Positions 24,701-39,272 of a DNA stretch of 64,000 bases are shown piece by piece (position 1 is the first letter of the stretch; the number at the start of each line of letters is the position of its first letter). The notes beneath the pieces are model-generated. The model did no database searches. It had not been told where the DNA came from and saw only the letters and a list, made by a program, of their open reading frames with translations. Position numbers and translations under genes: made by a program. This DNA is from Octopus vulgaris (taxonomy: Eukaryota). Location of the stretch: positions 58,714,001-58,778,000 of the forward strand of contig OX597818.1 in assembly GCA_951406725.2 (NCBI GenBank). The letters run 5' to 3'.

Positions 24701-24785
24701 TGTATGTATGCATGTATGTATGTATGTATGTATGTAAGTATGTATGTATGTATGTATGTATGTATGTATTTATGTATGTATGTTA
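23711..24785. repeat. ~1.07 kb (TATG)n tetranucleotide microsatellite
   Basis: Direct inspection; pure core about 24085-24470. Confidence 0.98.
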
Positions 24786-24787
24786 TG

Positions 24788-25440
24788 TCAGGACACTTTC
24801 GAGTGCTACTGGTAACATGTAACCCAGTACAACCTGTTGCATGGTCGGGCCGTCAGCGTCTAAACCGGCAACCCCACCAAGCTTGCTTTGTGAGGAGGCT
24901 GTTTATTGGACACCCTGCGGGATGAAAAACAAAACTCTTCAAAGTGACGGAGGAACTCTTGAGAGTCAACAGCCATCCAATAAATGTCTTAAGGCTGTAT
25001 CATGCGCGGAGACATAGAAATAATCGGATTGAATACCCGATCGCGCGGTTAAACCATGGGGAGTGAAGGACGCCTAGCCTTTGTTAGGGCATCCTTCTAA
25101 GAGAGGGTAACTCAGGTAACTGGGATAACTGTGACATAACATCTGCGGCTCAGTGGTTACCGATGATGTTGACTTGTTCTTCTTTTCGTATTATGGCTGC
25201 TGTTGCTTAGTGAGTGGGATTGACTCAGTGCACAGCCTTTCCTCACTTTAAAAAAAAAATCTTCTTGCACGGGCATTGTGCGATAGCAACATTGTTCATG
25301 ATTGTTAATGGTTCTGTGAGTCTCAACTGAATGGCTGGCTGTAGTCTTCAAAAAGCAAATAAAAGTCACATTCGATCTTAGCACCAATAACAGTTAAGCT
25401 TCGTGCAACGGTCATACTCGATTACGAGGGGGCAGCCATC
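24788..25440 (+). mobile_element. Non-coding retroposon (RTE-like ends, tentative) between (TATG)n tracts
   Basis: 3' end shared with 18505-18575; motif ggcatccttctaagagagggtaactc resembles 50875-50900. Confidence 0.5.
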
Positions 25441-25783
25441 ATGTATGTATGTATGTATGTATGTATGTAGGTATGTATGTACGTATGTATGTATGTATGT
25501 ATGTATGTATGTATGTATGTATGTATGTATGTATGTATGTATGTATGTATGTATGTATGTATGTATGTATGTATGTAGGCAGGCAGGTAGGTAGGTAGGT
25601 ATATTGTTTATTTGACAAAATATGAACAACCAGAAATATAACAATATTAGGTGAGGTAGCTGTTAATACACGGGATCGGGGACATTCCCACTACCCATTA
25701 CAATGTCAAGACTTAGGGAAGATAATAGAAGGCGTAAGCAAATACATCCAGGAAGCAATAATACAATAATACAAATAAAAGTA

Positions 25784-25995
25784 GGCGGCGAGCTGCCAGA
25801 AACGTTAGCACATCGGGCGAAATGCTTAGCGGTATTTCATCTGTCTTTATGTTCTGAGTTCAAATTCCGCCGAGGTCGACTTTGCCTTTCATTCTTTCGG
25901 GGTCGATAAATCAAGTACCAGTTACGCACTGGGGTCGATGTCTGTTCTTGTTTGTACCCTCTGTGTTTAGCCCCTAGTGGGTAGTAAAGAAACAA
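25784..25995 (+). mobile_element. Family B SINE with target-site duplication
   Basis: Matches 8426-8655; AATAATACAAATAAA at 25765-25779 and 25997-26011. Confidence 0.9.
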
Positions 25996-26039
25996 AAATA
26001 ATACAAATAAATCCATGTGGCATCGGAAAATGTCAATCG

Positions 26040-26320
26040 TTTGGTCAGATGAGAGGAAAGCTGCAAATATATAATCTATGGGAACATCAAGAAAATAATT
26101 GTAACTTACGTGGAAATATCCTTTTGATTTTTGAAAAATCGATGCTGATTAAAAGTTATCGAATTTCTTGACAACTGTTAAAGTAGATAAATTTTACGCT
26201 AAACGTGAAGTTAACAATCAAGGGGAGATCACTAGATGGATACTGTAAACTTTGTACAACCGAACGCTATTTCATTCTCTTTTCCACTAAAAGCCTATTA
26301 AATGAGAGGGCCCAAAATCC
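26040..26320 (+). pseudogene. Decayed C-terminal GIY-YIG region of a Penelope-like element
   Basis: Translation GYCKLCTTERYFILF...LLNER resembles the PLE C-terminal CxLC..E...I..LN motif. Confidence 0.45.
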
Positions 26321-27689
26321 TCCTCATCCATCCATGCTCACTCATACCGTTTTTATTAATTCCACTAACTCTTTATAAAATCATCACGTCGTATATATAT
26401 GATATATTTTTACTGCTTTAGATATAACATCTACCATCAATTGTCTACAGAATATCACATCCTTTAAATTGATACACTACACATTTGATCCAGAATACAC
26501 ATTTGATCCAGATATAAATCTTACATTTCTTATATAGTTCCTCGGTTTTTTACATTCCCCTAAATATTTATCATATATATACCTCTATAAATTACTTTTT
26601 AATATCCTCTGATTTTACTTGTTTAGCTTTTGTATGATACCTTTTCGCCCCAGATTTTCATTTCTATAGTCGTTTTGCTCATATAAACCACGATGCATGC
26701 CTTGTATTTTGTACTCTAGTATTCTCACAAATGTTTATCATATTCACACTACTACCCATTCAAGATTCACAAATTATTTATTTTCTTATATTTTTAGACA
26801 AATACCTAGCTTTAAAAAGTGTTTAACATAATTTATTAACAAGTTATTTAACATAATTTATTAAACTCGTATGGACGACTATGTACTTAAAATTTCTTGC
26901 ACTAATGTACTAATAATTTCATTTCAAATCGGTATATAGATATCTCTTTACACACCTTAATCTATAACGGTCGATAAATCACACTTGTCATGCATCATAA
27001 AGGCCATTTTTCAAACTTCTATAATCCTCTATCTTTATATTTCACATGCACCTCTCACTAAACCAATAACAATAATCCATAGCTTTTAGTTTTCCCTATA
27101 TTTAATTTTATTCATTTATTTCTATTTGATTTATTTTATTATTTTATTATTTTTATATTTATTTTAGTTCAATGTATTTTACGTCTCAACGATCTAACTA
27201 TCACCTCTATTTTATTTATTATTTATTATATATGTATATATGTATACTTTATTCATCATATTATTTCTCTCTCTTTTCGATCCTGAATTTACAGACATAA
27301 ACATTACATTTCGTATAAAACCCAGTGCATGCATTAAATACTCCCTCTGATACTTAACATCCTTATAACCAATAATATATATATTTTATTTGTTTAAATA
27401 TATTATAAGGCACCTATCCGACCCACATTATTATTTCCAACACTAACCACTCAACATTCACATCGTATTACTATGGTTTATTTTTAGTCCCAAAACCTAC
27501 CTTTAATAAGTTACTTAACACAAATCCTAATACATTAGATACGTACCGGATCTAGAATTTACACCTAAAACTTTGGCTTTTTTCATATATCCAACAATCT
27601 TCTTTACTCATATCCAACGGAATTCCCGCTTGAACAACCAAATTGCAACGTTGGTAGACTCAACATGCGTATCGATTGAGGACCCTTAT

Positions 27690-27884
27690 CAGCAGAGTCA
27701 GTTATTTGCCGAGGCTTTTTCGACAATTTTCAAATAAGATGATGGTCGTGAACCCCCTCCATTTGAAAGATCGGTACCTCATATGCCTAGTTTGGTCATC
27801 ACTCGGGACGAAGTCGAACGCGTTATTCGAGGCCTCGATGTGAATAAGGGTCACGGCCCTGACGCCATACACCCAAAGGTTATC
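27690..27884 (+). pseudogene. Internal LINE ORF2 fragment (pre-RT linker)
   Basis: ITRDEVERVIRGLDVNKGHGPDAIHPKVI parallels IKEDDVIKAIVEMKTDSATGPDGFPAIL in the intact ORF2. Confidence 0.7.
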
Positions 27885-27893
27885 ATATATATA

Positions 27894-27954
<61 letters not shown>

Positions 27955-28049
27955 GTATGTGTGAGCGTGTGTGTGTATGTGTGTGTGTGTGTATTGATAG
28001 AAATGGTAAGACAACAAAAGAATGAAAGAGAGCTCTATATTATTATTCC

Positions 28050-28802
28050 GCCTGCCAAAATCCCTCACAAGGCTTTGGTGTGGCCAAGGCTATAGGGGAA
28101 ATACTTGCCCAAGTGGGACTGAACCCGGAACCATGTGGTCGGTAAGCAAACTACTTCGCACAGAGCCACTCCTGCGCATAGATACAAGTTCCCTAAAAAC
28201 TTACCCGCGTCAGCACATATGCAAACCTAGCTATGTATGTGTGTTTTGCTTATCCACATGCATAGGACTGCATACATTTTATGTATGTGCATGCATATGT
28301 TTATGTTTATCTACATCTATATATGTGCATCACATCTATATATGTGCAGGAGTGGTGTGTGGTAAGTAGCTTGCTTACAAACACATGGTTTCGGGTACAG
28401 TCCAACTGCGTGGTACCTTGGGTAAGTGTCATCTACTATAGCCTCGGGTCACGAATGACCACGGGTGCACTTGACTGTTTCCGCTCCGTGGTACAAATCT
28501 GGACGAGGAGTCTCCTCACCGGCGAGCGCAAAACATAGGGCTCTTTTTATGGAAGACCAGTAGTCACCCATGGACACCAGCCTCCCCTTTTCACGCCACC
28601 GATGTTATCCAAAGGAAAGGCAAAGGGGCCGATACAACTCAGCATCTGTTACGTCGCAACTTATTTCTATAGCTGAGTGAACTGGAGCAAAATGAAATGA
28701 AGTGTCTTGTTCATGAACACAAAAGGCAGCAGGGTCCGGGAATCGAACCTACAACCGCACGATCAAAAGCTCGACGCTGTAACCACTGTGCCATGCGCTT
28801 CA
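28050..28802. mobile_element. SINE cluster: family A 5' half (28050-28178 -), family A head (28345-28449 +), fourth tRNA-SINE family (28450-28802 -)
   Basis: A/B-box heads; the minus strand at 28802 starts gaagcgcatggcacagtggtta...ggttcgattccc. Confidence 0.8.
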
Positions 28803-28808
28803 CTCTTC

Positions 28809-28845
<37 letters not shown>

Positions 28846-28913
28846 TATTATTATTCTTCTCTTATATATGACCTATCTTTATGTAGATAGTATGTATGTA
28901 TGTATCTATCTAT

Positions 28914-28964
<51 letters not shown>

Positions 28965-30724
28965 ATAAATTATATATATATATACATATATTATATATAA
29001 ATTATATATATATATATATATAATACATACATGCATACATAAAAAGATAGGTGCATACGTAATTAGAGTGACAGAGATAGATAGAAATATACATTGTATG
29101 TGATTGGTAACTAGTACTGTATGATGTCATCAGTCGGAGAATGTGACGTCTCTTCTATATTTGTTAGTTGCGAAGCATTTAGTCTCAAATTCCAATGAGT
29201 TATGTTACATACCATCATTGCGATGGCGATGACATTTTTTAGTACATTGTGCTATATTATATGTTTTAGCAGTAAAGTAATCTTTATATAGTATAACAAA
29301 GAGAGTGCTGTTATCAGTTTTCCTTATTACAATATTTTGACTATTAAACGTCTCCTAAAATGGAAGCGTCGGTTTATTTTACTGCGTTCCGTAGATGATC
29401 GTTTTTGTTACAATTGAGCCAGTATCATAGCTTCCATTATATATATATGTGTGTGTGTTAAGAGTGAAAGAATGAGAATGTGGTATTATATTTTCGATTG
29501 TGAGTTGTACGTATATAACGATATAATTGGGGGGGAAACTGACAACGGCACAGTAGTATTTCGGAAAGGAATAAATAAATTGCCAATTACCCAGCTGTAA
29601 AACGGGCAGTATAATCGTATTTGCTCTTTCAGATATGTCACTATGATGCGCTCGGAAAGTACCTTACTATTAGAAAGTTTAAAAAGTCATTTAATGCCAT
29701 TGGCGGGAAGAGCTAAGTGAATGCATGCATGACATCAAGTGTTTTCTCTTCAATAGAATATGACAACGGCATTTGGATTTAAAGCATTTTGCGTTGACAA
29801 TACTACAACACCTTTTTACTTTTCATTATCTTGCTTGAAAATAAATCAGGTATATGTAAGAGGCCAATAAGAACATGTTATAAAATATATGTACAATAGA
29901 TAAATAGCGTGCAGAATTCTACTACTTTGCCAGCAACTGAATATTTCGGTACGATTTGAATATCTTAGTGGTGCCTTGACGATCGTATGCAACTTAATTG
30001 CCTTTTCCCATCATATACTCTCGTATATTGTAACATCACTAAACGAAAACTTGGAGCGCCATACTCCAAATTATTGCTTTATCTCTCTGACATAACGCTG
30101 CTATTAAATAAATATATGACACTCCTATTGAGATTAAAAGGAATTTTGATAGTGCTGAAAGAGGTATCTGTAACATATATACGTACACATGTTTGAGCCT
30201 TATTAGCCTATTACCTTTCAAAATAAAACTTATCTATATTCATAAATTTCTCAATGTTTCTAACCTTTGCTAGATATCGATGAAATTTTCTGTTGTTGAT
30301 TTAGATTGTTTGGGATGATAAAAGAAATAAATAAAATATCCGTTCGCAATAAAATTTCATTTTGAAATTCATTATCTTTAATAGTCAGTGTGTTGAATTC
30401 AATAAATTCGACAACAACTTAATTTCTATAGATGGTATCTTGCTAAAAGTTTGAATTTTCGCTTTCAAAACAGTTTGATTTCTAAATTTCTCATAGTTTG
30501 TCTGCTCAACAATATTATTTGCGCTTAGATTAAACAGTCAGATAAAATTTTGCAGAAACTCAGTGGAACACACTCTAAGCTTCTTCCCAACAATCGGCTC
30601 TGAAACCCATATAACAACTGCAATTTGGTATTACTTTAAGAAATTCGATCTTATATATACAGTTGTTTATAAAAAAAAGAATATTTTTATCATGATAATT
30701 CTCTTTACAAGAAGCACAAAGCCT

Positions 30725-30912
30725 TAAATTTGGGGAAAGGGATTAAGTCGATTACATCGACTCCTGTGCGTAACTGGTACTTCTTTAATCGACCACAAAA
30801 GGATGAAAAGGGAACGTCGGCCGCGGCGGAATTTGATCTCATAACGTAGCCGATGATAAAATACCGAGAAGCATTCCGCCTTGCGTCCTAACGATCCTGC
30901 CAGCTCACCGCG
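30725..30912 (-). mobile_element. Family B SINE, diverged
   Basis: Reverse-complement similarity to 8426-8600. Confidence 0.8.
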
Positions 30913-31979
30913 TTTATTTGATGCGTAATAATATATACTGATAACAATTAACGGCCAAAGTTTTTTAGTCACGTTTATGTCTTTATATTCATCTTGAAAA
31001 TTCCTTGTCTATCTAATAAACAGAAAACGGAAATGAACTGATCGGCGTGCACCCAGTTGTCTTATATAGATTCTCGTTTTACATTTCAAACCCTGCAACA
31101 ATCATGACTGCGTGCGAACCGTCGCAATCGTTAAAGAGGCACGTTTCCATTAGTTTTAATTGTATTTATGTTTAGTTGTTAAAGTTCCTTTTTGAATCAT
31201 GATTGATAGTTGATCACATCCTTTTCCTTCCTGTTGTGGTAAAAAGTGGAAAGTGGAAAGAACACAGTAATTATTCACTTCAACATTGATTCCAGATCCT
31301 TTAAAATGTGTGGATTCAAGTATCAAATTGATAATACAGTGGCGATACAAGTTTTGTCATTTCCGTACGATATAATCCCAATCAATAATGTTTTTAAAGG
31401 ACAACATTGTGGTCTACTAGCTGCTCAGTTTTAATTCTTATTATTACAAATGACTTTATTCTGAGAACATAAAAGCACGTGAAATTCCGCTCACCATTTC
31501 GACTGCAGTGCTAAATATTCTGCCACTGCACCACTCCTCAATTAGAAAAATGTGTGTAAATGTAGGTCCTATGGTTGAAAAGATCATCTTTTCATCAACA
31601 AGATGATTTTGGAAGATGGCCACAGACAGCACAATAGCCTGGATAAAAACACTTTCGATAATCTACCACATAGCTAGATAGAGAAACTACACTAACTTTC
31701 AACAGCGATAATGAATCTTTGAATGGTAGAGATGTAAGAATTTCATGTAACATTTGTAAGGTCACACTCTATCACCATTCCGCGTTTATCTGGCCTTAAT
31801 AACTCTTTCAAAATTGCTCCTTGAAAGCACAATGTAGCAATAACACTTTTCACAAAACTATAAATCATCTTTTATAAACAGATTATTTAAAGGGTTTTGT
31901 AAAAAAAATTACCAGTAACTAAAGGGATTCCTAGTAATTGTAAAACGGTTTTGTGATGATATGAGGGTGAACTTGGCCT

Positions 31980-33080
31980 AAATAAATGTGCAAATGTTAC
32001 CTTTATCAGAAGAAAACTGGCAGAAACATCGTACATTAAACTTCACTAAGAAAATGTTGTAAATTAGTTAGAACCAGAGGAGGATAAAAACTACTTAATG
32101 GTATATGAAGATGTTAAAATCAAATACTCAATGATGCGAGAAAAGGTCAAAAAAATATGTTATCACAGAATAAGGGCAATATTGAATACAGAGCTAAAGG
32201 CAAGAAAATTATAGCGATTAATATTTTAGCCATACTTGTCGTAAATCTATAAGCTTGATAGAAAATTTCGAAAATTGTTCAGAATGTATTGAATGAAGTA
32301 CTGTATGGCAGATGTCGAATTTACAATGAAGATTGGCAGAATTCACCTAAACTATAATCTGAAAAATTCTGACAACTGGATGCTAAAACTTGTCTTATAG
32401 CACGAACACAAGACAAAAAGATACTCAGTAATAAAACGTGCAAGGAAATATTTGAGTGAATTCCAAATATAGTAAACGTCAGAATTAGATGTAGAGGAAA
32501 CGAGTATAGGAAAAAGCAAAACGTATGAAAACCTGTATTAAATCTGCAACCCGAGATAGTCTCACTGATTAATTGCAAGAAAATGCTTTCAATATTCATT
32601 ATCCAAAGAGAGTTAATAATATTGATGGTGACAAAACTCTTATCCATCAATGACTGGCGTCAACTGGCTTGCATTCAGAAACAGAAGGGTTTATGATAGT
32701 ATCTCAGTATGAATGACAACCTACTACAAGAATCTACCAGGCCAACGTCTGAATGCACCGCAGTAGCCCAGCATTTCCTGTTTGGAAAATACAAGCAGAA
32801 ACCATCGAGCATATCGTCTCAATGTGCAGCCTTCTTGCACCTGCATTATAGAGCGGCAGAGTATATTCACTGGGTAATCTGCAAGGATTTGGACCTGCCA
32901 CATAATAAACACTGTTTGGAACCAAACCACCTCCAAGACTTGAAAACGATCACAACTAACTCCTTAGGAATTTTACAGTTCACACTCATAGAAAGGTAGA
33001 AGGAAATATGCCAGACATTATACTGAAGGATTTCAAACACAAATCATGTCCTATAATCTATGTGAATGTCACAGTTGACA
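31980..33080 (+). pseudogene. Heavily decayed R4/Dong-like (RLE) non-LTR retrotransposon 3' portion
   Basis: Fragments YHRIRAILNTEL, LHSETEGFMI, TIEHIVSQC, YIHWVICK, MPDIILKD in expected order. Confidence 0.7.
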
Positions 33081-33834
33081 TGAATCTCGCTTTTGATATC
33101 ACCACTCATCACTTTGTATAAACTTATTTGGTCCCCGCAGTTGTGAGTAGATTTCGATAGACGCGAACTACTCAGACTTACATCTAGAGAAAACATTCTA
33201 TATATCTATCCACATACATATAAATGTTCAACTGTATATGTAGGGATGTTTGTTGCATTACTCTCGTTGTTTACTCGATTTTCGTGCACTAGGAATATTG
33301 ACAATATTACAGAGATGCTGTGTAAAGTACACATGTTATTATAAATAATTGATATAAAATATATATGTAATAGTATCAATACTAAAATTGTTTGCTTGTT
33401 TCATTTTGTTTCATTAAAATATTCACTTCTGTATTCTGTTCCTGGAGCGAATAAATCTATCTATTAAGTGTACTTGTATTTTGCTGTGTTTTTTAAATAC
33501 TTTTATAACTTCATCGGTGAATGAGGGATAATTTTATCTCAACAAGATTATATTCTCTACTATATAATGTATACTTCTATGCGAATAGAAAACTCTAGAT
33601 TTTGTCTTCACCTATAATTATGCCATATGTATATATGTATATGTGGGTGAAAGGCAATGTCAGTGCGCAGAAAAAAATAGATAGGTAATCCATACACAAC
33701 AGCCTACGTGCACACGCAACACACTCATGAACGTACTTCGTACATCCAGCTTGAAGCTAATCTAATGCGCCATTAGCATGTGTGCGTTCAGTTTTCCGTG
33801 CGTGCGTATGTGTATGTGTGTATAAGTGTATTTA

Positions 33835-34350
<516 letters not shown>

Positions 34351-34709
34351 AGTGTATGAATTATGTTGCATTTAACTCCTGCAGCTTGATAGTAATTCTA
34401 CAATATTTTCCATCATGTTTGTTATTCTGCATTATACATGCTACGGTATATAAATTCGCCCACGCTTGTTTTCCTGAAAAAGGTAATAACTCACTAAATT
34501 ATTTCAAGAACAGCGTTAATAATAACCTATGTTCCAAATTTTCATTTTAAAACAAATAATGCATTAAACAATAAGTATTGTAAAATTCAAATTATATTTA
34601 TTTCGAAAAGGTAAATGAAGCCTTTTATATTCAACCCTGTCTATTCAATTTTAATTCTGCATTTTAATCTTTAATTGAGCTTTGTAGAATTATGCATAAG
34701 GTAATAAAA

Positions 34710-34991
34710 TATAGTCTGTTGTATGTGGGGAGAGTAATTTTCTTTTTGTGCCTCATAATTTAACACACTCACCGGTAAAATTTCCACTTTTTTCTTATTT
34801 TTATTTTCCCAAAATTTTCATTGCGTCTTATTTTAGGAAAATGAAAATAAGAAATAAGTGGAAATTTTGCCGGTGAGTGTGGTGTTACATTACAAGGCAC
34901 AAAAAGAAAATGACTCCCCCCAGACACAGAATATACTTCAACACACGAACTCATATAAAGTATCTTGCAAACCAAATCCAAAAACGAAATA
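34710..34991. mobile_element. Fold-back (palindromic) repeat, centrally deleted copy of the 59773-60066 family
   Basis: ggggagagtaatttt...cactcaccggtaaaatttccactt / aagtggaaattttgccggtgagtg...tgactcccc. Confidence 0.8.
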
Positions 34992-35939
34992 AAATATAGG
35001 ATATAACACATAATCACATTTACTATTTTCCTATAATATATGAAATAAAAAACTATCTAGTAACTAAGTAGAAACCAAATTGTACTATATATCATTTATC
35101 TCTAAAAAGAAGATCCAAATAAAGTTTCCAAGCTGCTTGAAAGGGTTTCATACCTCCACACATCGCTTTTTCCACACATTTCACATATCCATAACATATT
35201 ATTTGTGGGAAATTCTAAGAGAACATTTTGAAAAACGAGACAATTATTCCGTATTCATACATTAGTGTCGTGACCCTTTATAAAATTATATTTGCCACGA
35301 TTATATCACTGCTAAGATTCACGTATCGCTTCTGTTATATGACATGCAATCCAGTGAGACTATAGCAGGCTATTTGGCCGTATTCATCTACTCTGGGTCT
35401 GATATGTCCAATTTTTGTATCAATCTAATTTTGTCTTTTTGTCGCTACCCGAACAGCGCTTGGTCTCCTTGATCACAAAGCTTATCTTGACTAACCTGGG
35501 GTATATTCCACTTCTGCACCACAACAATTAACTTTTTTCGTCCCTCCTAGTAAGCTTATTTACCAATGACCCCACTGCATTTTTTTTTTATAAGAGTAGA
35601 CCTACCGAATTTCAGTCTCAATATCACAATATCAGTGAAATCAATAATTCTTATCTACAGAAATATGTTCCGTGAATCTTATTTTGTCACATACTTCCAA
35701 GTAAAATGATACATTTAAAGAAATAGCAGGTTTGCATTTAGAGAAATAGCAAGGTTATATAAACACAATACATTGAAATTTACTCCGGTGTTAAGAAAGT
35801 ATATTGAGATTTACCTTGAAGGTGATGGAGACGACAAATAAATAGACAGAAACACGTGGAGATAAAAAGAATATCGAAGAAGAAAGAAAGAAGTGTTAAG
35901 CAGGAAAAATGGAAAACACCGTATTGTATATGAACAGAG

Positions 35940-35948
35940 ATAATAATG

Positions 35949-36034
<86 letters not shown>
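35940..36034. repeat. (AAT)n microsatellite
   Basis: Direct inspection. Confidence 0.98.
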
Positions 36035-36035
<1 letters not shown>

Positions 36036-38269
36036 GCTTTTTAAAGAGATGCACTTCCATTTGTCATTTATTTCCAGCTGATTACTTCTGTTGCGAACCG
36101 AGATGCTATAATTCCATTTATTCTAAACTAAGTTTTATTTTCATTCTCATAAAACTCTTCTCCGGCATTTGAGCCAAAAACTCTTAAGAGCAGTAGATTT
36201 GCTTTTAAATTCGCATTCATGAAAAGATAAAGCCAGCCTGCCAGGCATTACCTTTACGTTGTTGTTTTCTTAGACATTTTAAGGATTTATATAAAAGGTG
36301 AATTCCGCAGCACAGTTTTATTTCTTAAAAAATAGAAATGAAAATAGGGAAAATTACCATAAGTCATATAAAGTGACGTATTACATTAGTGCTTAACGGG
36401 ACAACAATTTGTAGAGAGACTGCGTAATTCCATACAGTTCAGATATCCTTTTATGACATTCGGTGCTACGGATTTTCATTTTAAAACGTAAGTTTCCATT
36501 ATGATAAAAAGTGCCTCTCTACGAGGCACTTCCCAATGATTTTTCTCATTCACCAACTTTAGATAGTCTAACACTACAACGGACATGATTAACATTTGAC
36601 ATGTAAAACAACCAAATGACAAAGGATCTGTGTGATCCCTCTGCGTGCAAGAATTAATAGCGAATTATACCTCAAATTACAACGTAATCGTCGTTGGTTT
36701 TATCTCGTATCTGAGAATAAATATAGCCTTCTTTGCTTAACGGTTCCTTTGTTTACTTGTGGACTAAGTTTTATACAGAAGAGTCAACAACATTGACTGC
36801 ATTGTAATGTGGCGGGCATCTTTCATTTTGTCGAGACCTTTTCTCTTGTAGTTTGTTTCTCCCTTTTCTCTTAGAAGTTTTTGCTTCCGCTGGTGATGAA
36901 CACCGCCACATGAAACGGTATCGTGTGATAATTTTTTTTTGCCCCATATACATAATATTAATACATAAAGCGCAATGGAACACGATCATGGCTATCAAGT
37001 ACAGGCCGGCAGGCCACGATCGTGGCCCAGATAGATGCATTTAATTTATGGGCGTTTGTTGAAATCTCTGTCAAGAGAAGGTTCAACAAATGACTTCTCA
37101 GATTATGTAAAACTTGCCGCCGTTATATACTAAGATATTTTAACTATTTTTTTTTTTGGTCGTTTCATTTTCATAAAATATGCTCATCAGCCCATGCTAT
37201 TTAAATACAAATCCCAGCAGTTTATGAGTTAAGACCGAGTGGTCAGAGCTGGAATGCCATTGACCATAGGCTGTTTCGATGGATTGCAGATACGGACAAG
37301 CAAAATGTACAACTTTAGTATATGATATGGGAGCAAAATGCTCATACTTTTTATGTTTCCCGCCCTATAAATTTGCTTACCTCTCCCAGTAAGGTATTGC
37401 AAACTCTCTTGAGAAAACCTATTCTAAACGATCAGAATTAAATTTAGTACATTGTACAGAGGTGTCAAATATGTTGGTTCCTCAGACATTTAAGTATATA
37501 ATGTGTTAATTCGTGATAATGAACAAAATAGAGTTATTATAGGTATTAACCCCTTAATAGTTTAACGCTTTTATTCAACCGATGGTTAAATTATTAGTGT
37601 GGTTAATAATATTTAATGTGGAGTATGTCATATTTATTTGTGAATTAAGATTTTAGTGAATTTACAACGTGAATATTTATTCGTCATCAGAGGCGTTCGT
37701 AAATCAGGGTGATTCTGTATTGAATGCATATGAGAAAGACAGAAGATAAACTACGATTTATTCGTGATCAGAGCTGTTCGCAAAACCAAGATTCTACTGT
37801 ATATGTGGGTGTACGTGTGTACTTTCAGAGAAAACCTCAATACTTCATTTTAAAAATTTACGCACCCTATGGTCGACTCGATGCGCAGCGTCCGCTTAAA
37901 GGTTTCTATAAGATATCCATACAGTGGGGGAAGGGAGGAAAGTATTTCGCTATATGCATTCATGAAACTATTAATCTATTAATGATACCAAATAAATTCA
38001 ACGAGTGTACTAAAATGGGTCTTTATTTTATATCCGTTGGTGAGGCGAGGATATGTTTTTTTTTATCCAGAGGTTTACGAAATCTAATTTATATCTGTTA
38101 TGAAGCGGTACAAAATCAGTTGGCAATAACAAAACAAACTCGTACTAAATCCCTTGTAAGACTTAGTTATTAGTCTATATCTTCTTGGAAAACCTTAACC
38201 TTTCAAATATTCCATGAACTTGTTCTTGTGTATAGTAAGCAGTCGCTCTTAGGAGTGTGTTGTATTCTT

Positions 38270-38967
38270 TTTTTTTTCTTTTATTTATTTCAGTCATTTG
38301 ACTGTGGCCATGCTGGAGCACCACCTTTAGCCGAAACAAATCGACCCCAGGACTTATTCTTTGTAAGCTTAGTACTTATTATATCTGTTTCTTTTGCCGT
38401 ACCACTAAGTTACGGGGACGTAAATACACCCGGATCGGTTGTCAAGCGATGTTGGGGGGGGGACACATATATATATATATATATATATATATTAATAAAT
38501 TTTAGGGTAGCAAAAAATTCTAGAAAAATTCTCCGCTACCAGCGGTCGAGTGAGAAAGAAAAAGTAGTCAATAGACTATATAATATACATTCAAATATAT
38601 AAGGGATGGCTATAATAGGACATCCGACTCACTAGAAAGAGCAGCTAAACTCCAAACCACTAATAGTTGTAATTCTGAAATGGAAAGAGAAATAAAAACG
38701 TTTACCCTTTCCTTTCTGGACTATGCATAGTTTCGGCAATATTTTGTAAATAAATAAAATTAAATGAAATTTATTTACCACTGGCACTGCACTCATCAGC
38801 AGAAAAGCCAAGGACTATCATATATTCACGAGGCGATAACGAGCATGCCTCGTGTCTATATGCTATACATTTTCAAAATCCACCGCATTCGCGCGGTTTA
38901 CTCAGCAGTAAATATAAACTGCCGATTTAATTTCAAAATTAACCAAAAAATCATTAATTAATTTGTT

Positions 38968-39038
<71 letters not shown>

Positions 39039-39045
39039 TAGATAT

Positions 39046-39102
<57 letters not shown>

Positions 39103-39272
39103 TTTATATGACGGGCCTCTTTCAGGTTCCGTCTACCAAATCTACTCACAAGGCTTTGGTCGGCCCGAAGCTATAGTAGAATACACTTGCCCAAGGTGCA
39201 ACGCAGTGGGACTGAACCCGTAACCATGTGGTTGATGAGCAACCTACTTACCACAAAGCCACTCCTGCGCCT
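38270..39272 (-). mobile_element. Family A SINE split by a nested insertion (38490-38970) in its internal (TA)n
   Basis: 3' half at 38270-38465 and 5' half at 39108-39272, same orientation. Confidence 0.85.
38712..38806 (-). ncRNA. Type I hammerhead ribozyme, canonical core, long stem II
   Basis: Minus strand: ttttctg CTGATGA g-t-gcagtg...gtaaataaat..atttatttac...tattgc-c GAAAC tatgcata GTC cagaaag; stem III palindrome ACTATGCATAGT. Confidence 0.85.

Noticed and set aside
23648-24925. 425 aa and other long [16 protein letters not shown] ORFs throughout the window
   Set aside because: Translations of (TATG)n, (TA)n and (TATC)n microsatellites, which lack stop codons
29633-29850. Possible exon with tttgctctttcag acceptor and cag|gtatat donor
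   Set aside because: No convincing reading frame or partner exons; such sites arise by chance in AT-rich DNA
37724-38173. 149 aa + strand ORF
   Set aside because: No recognisable motifs; cannot be supported without a homology search
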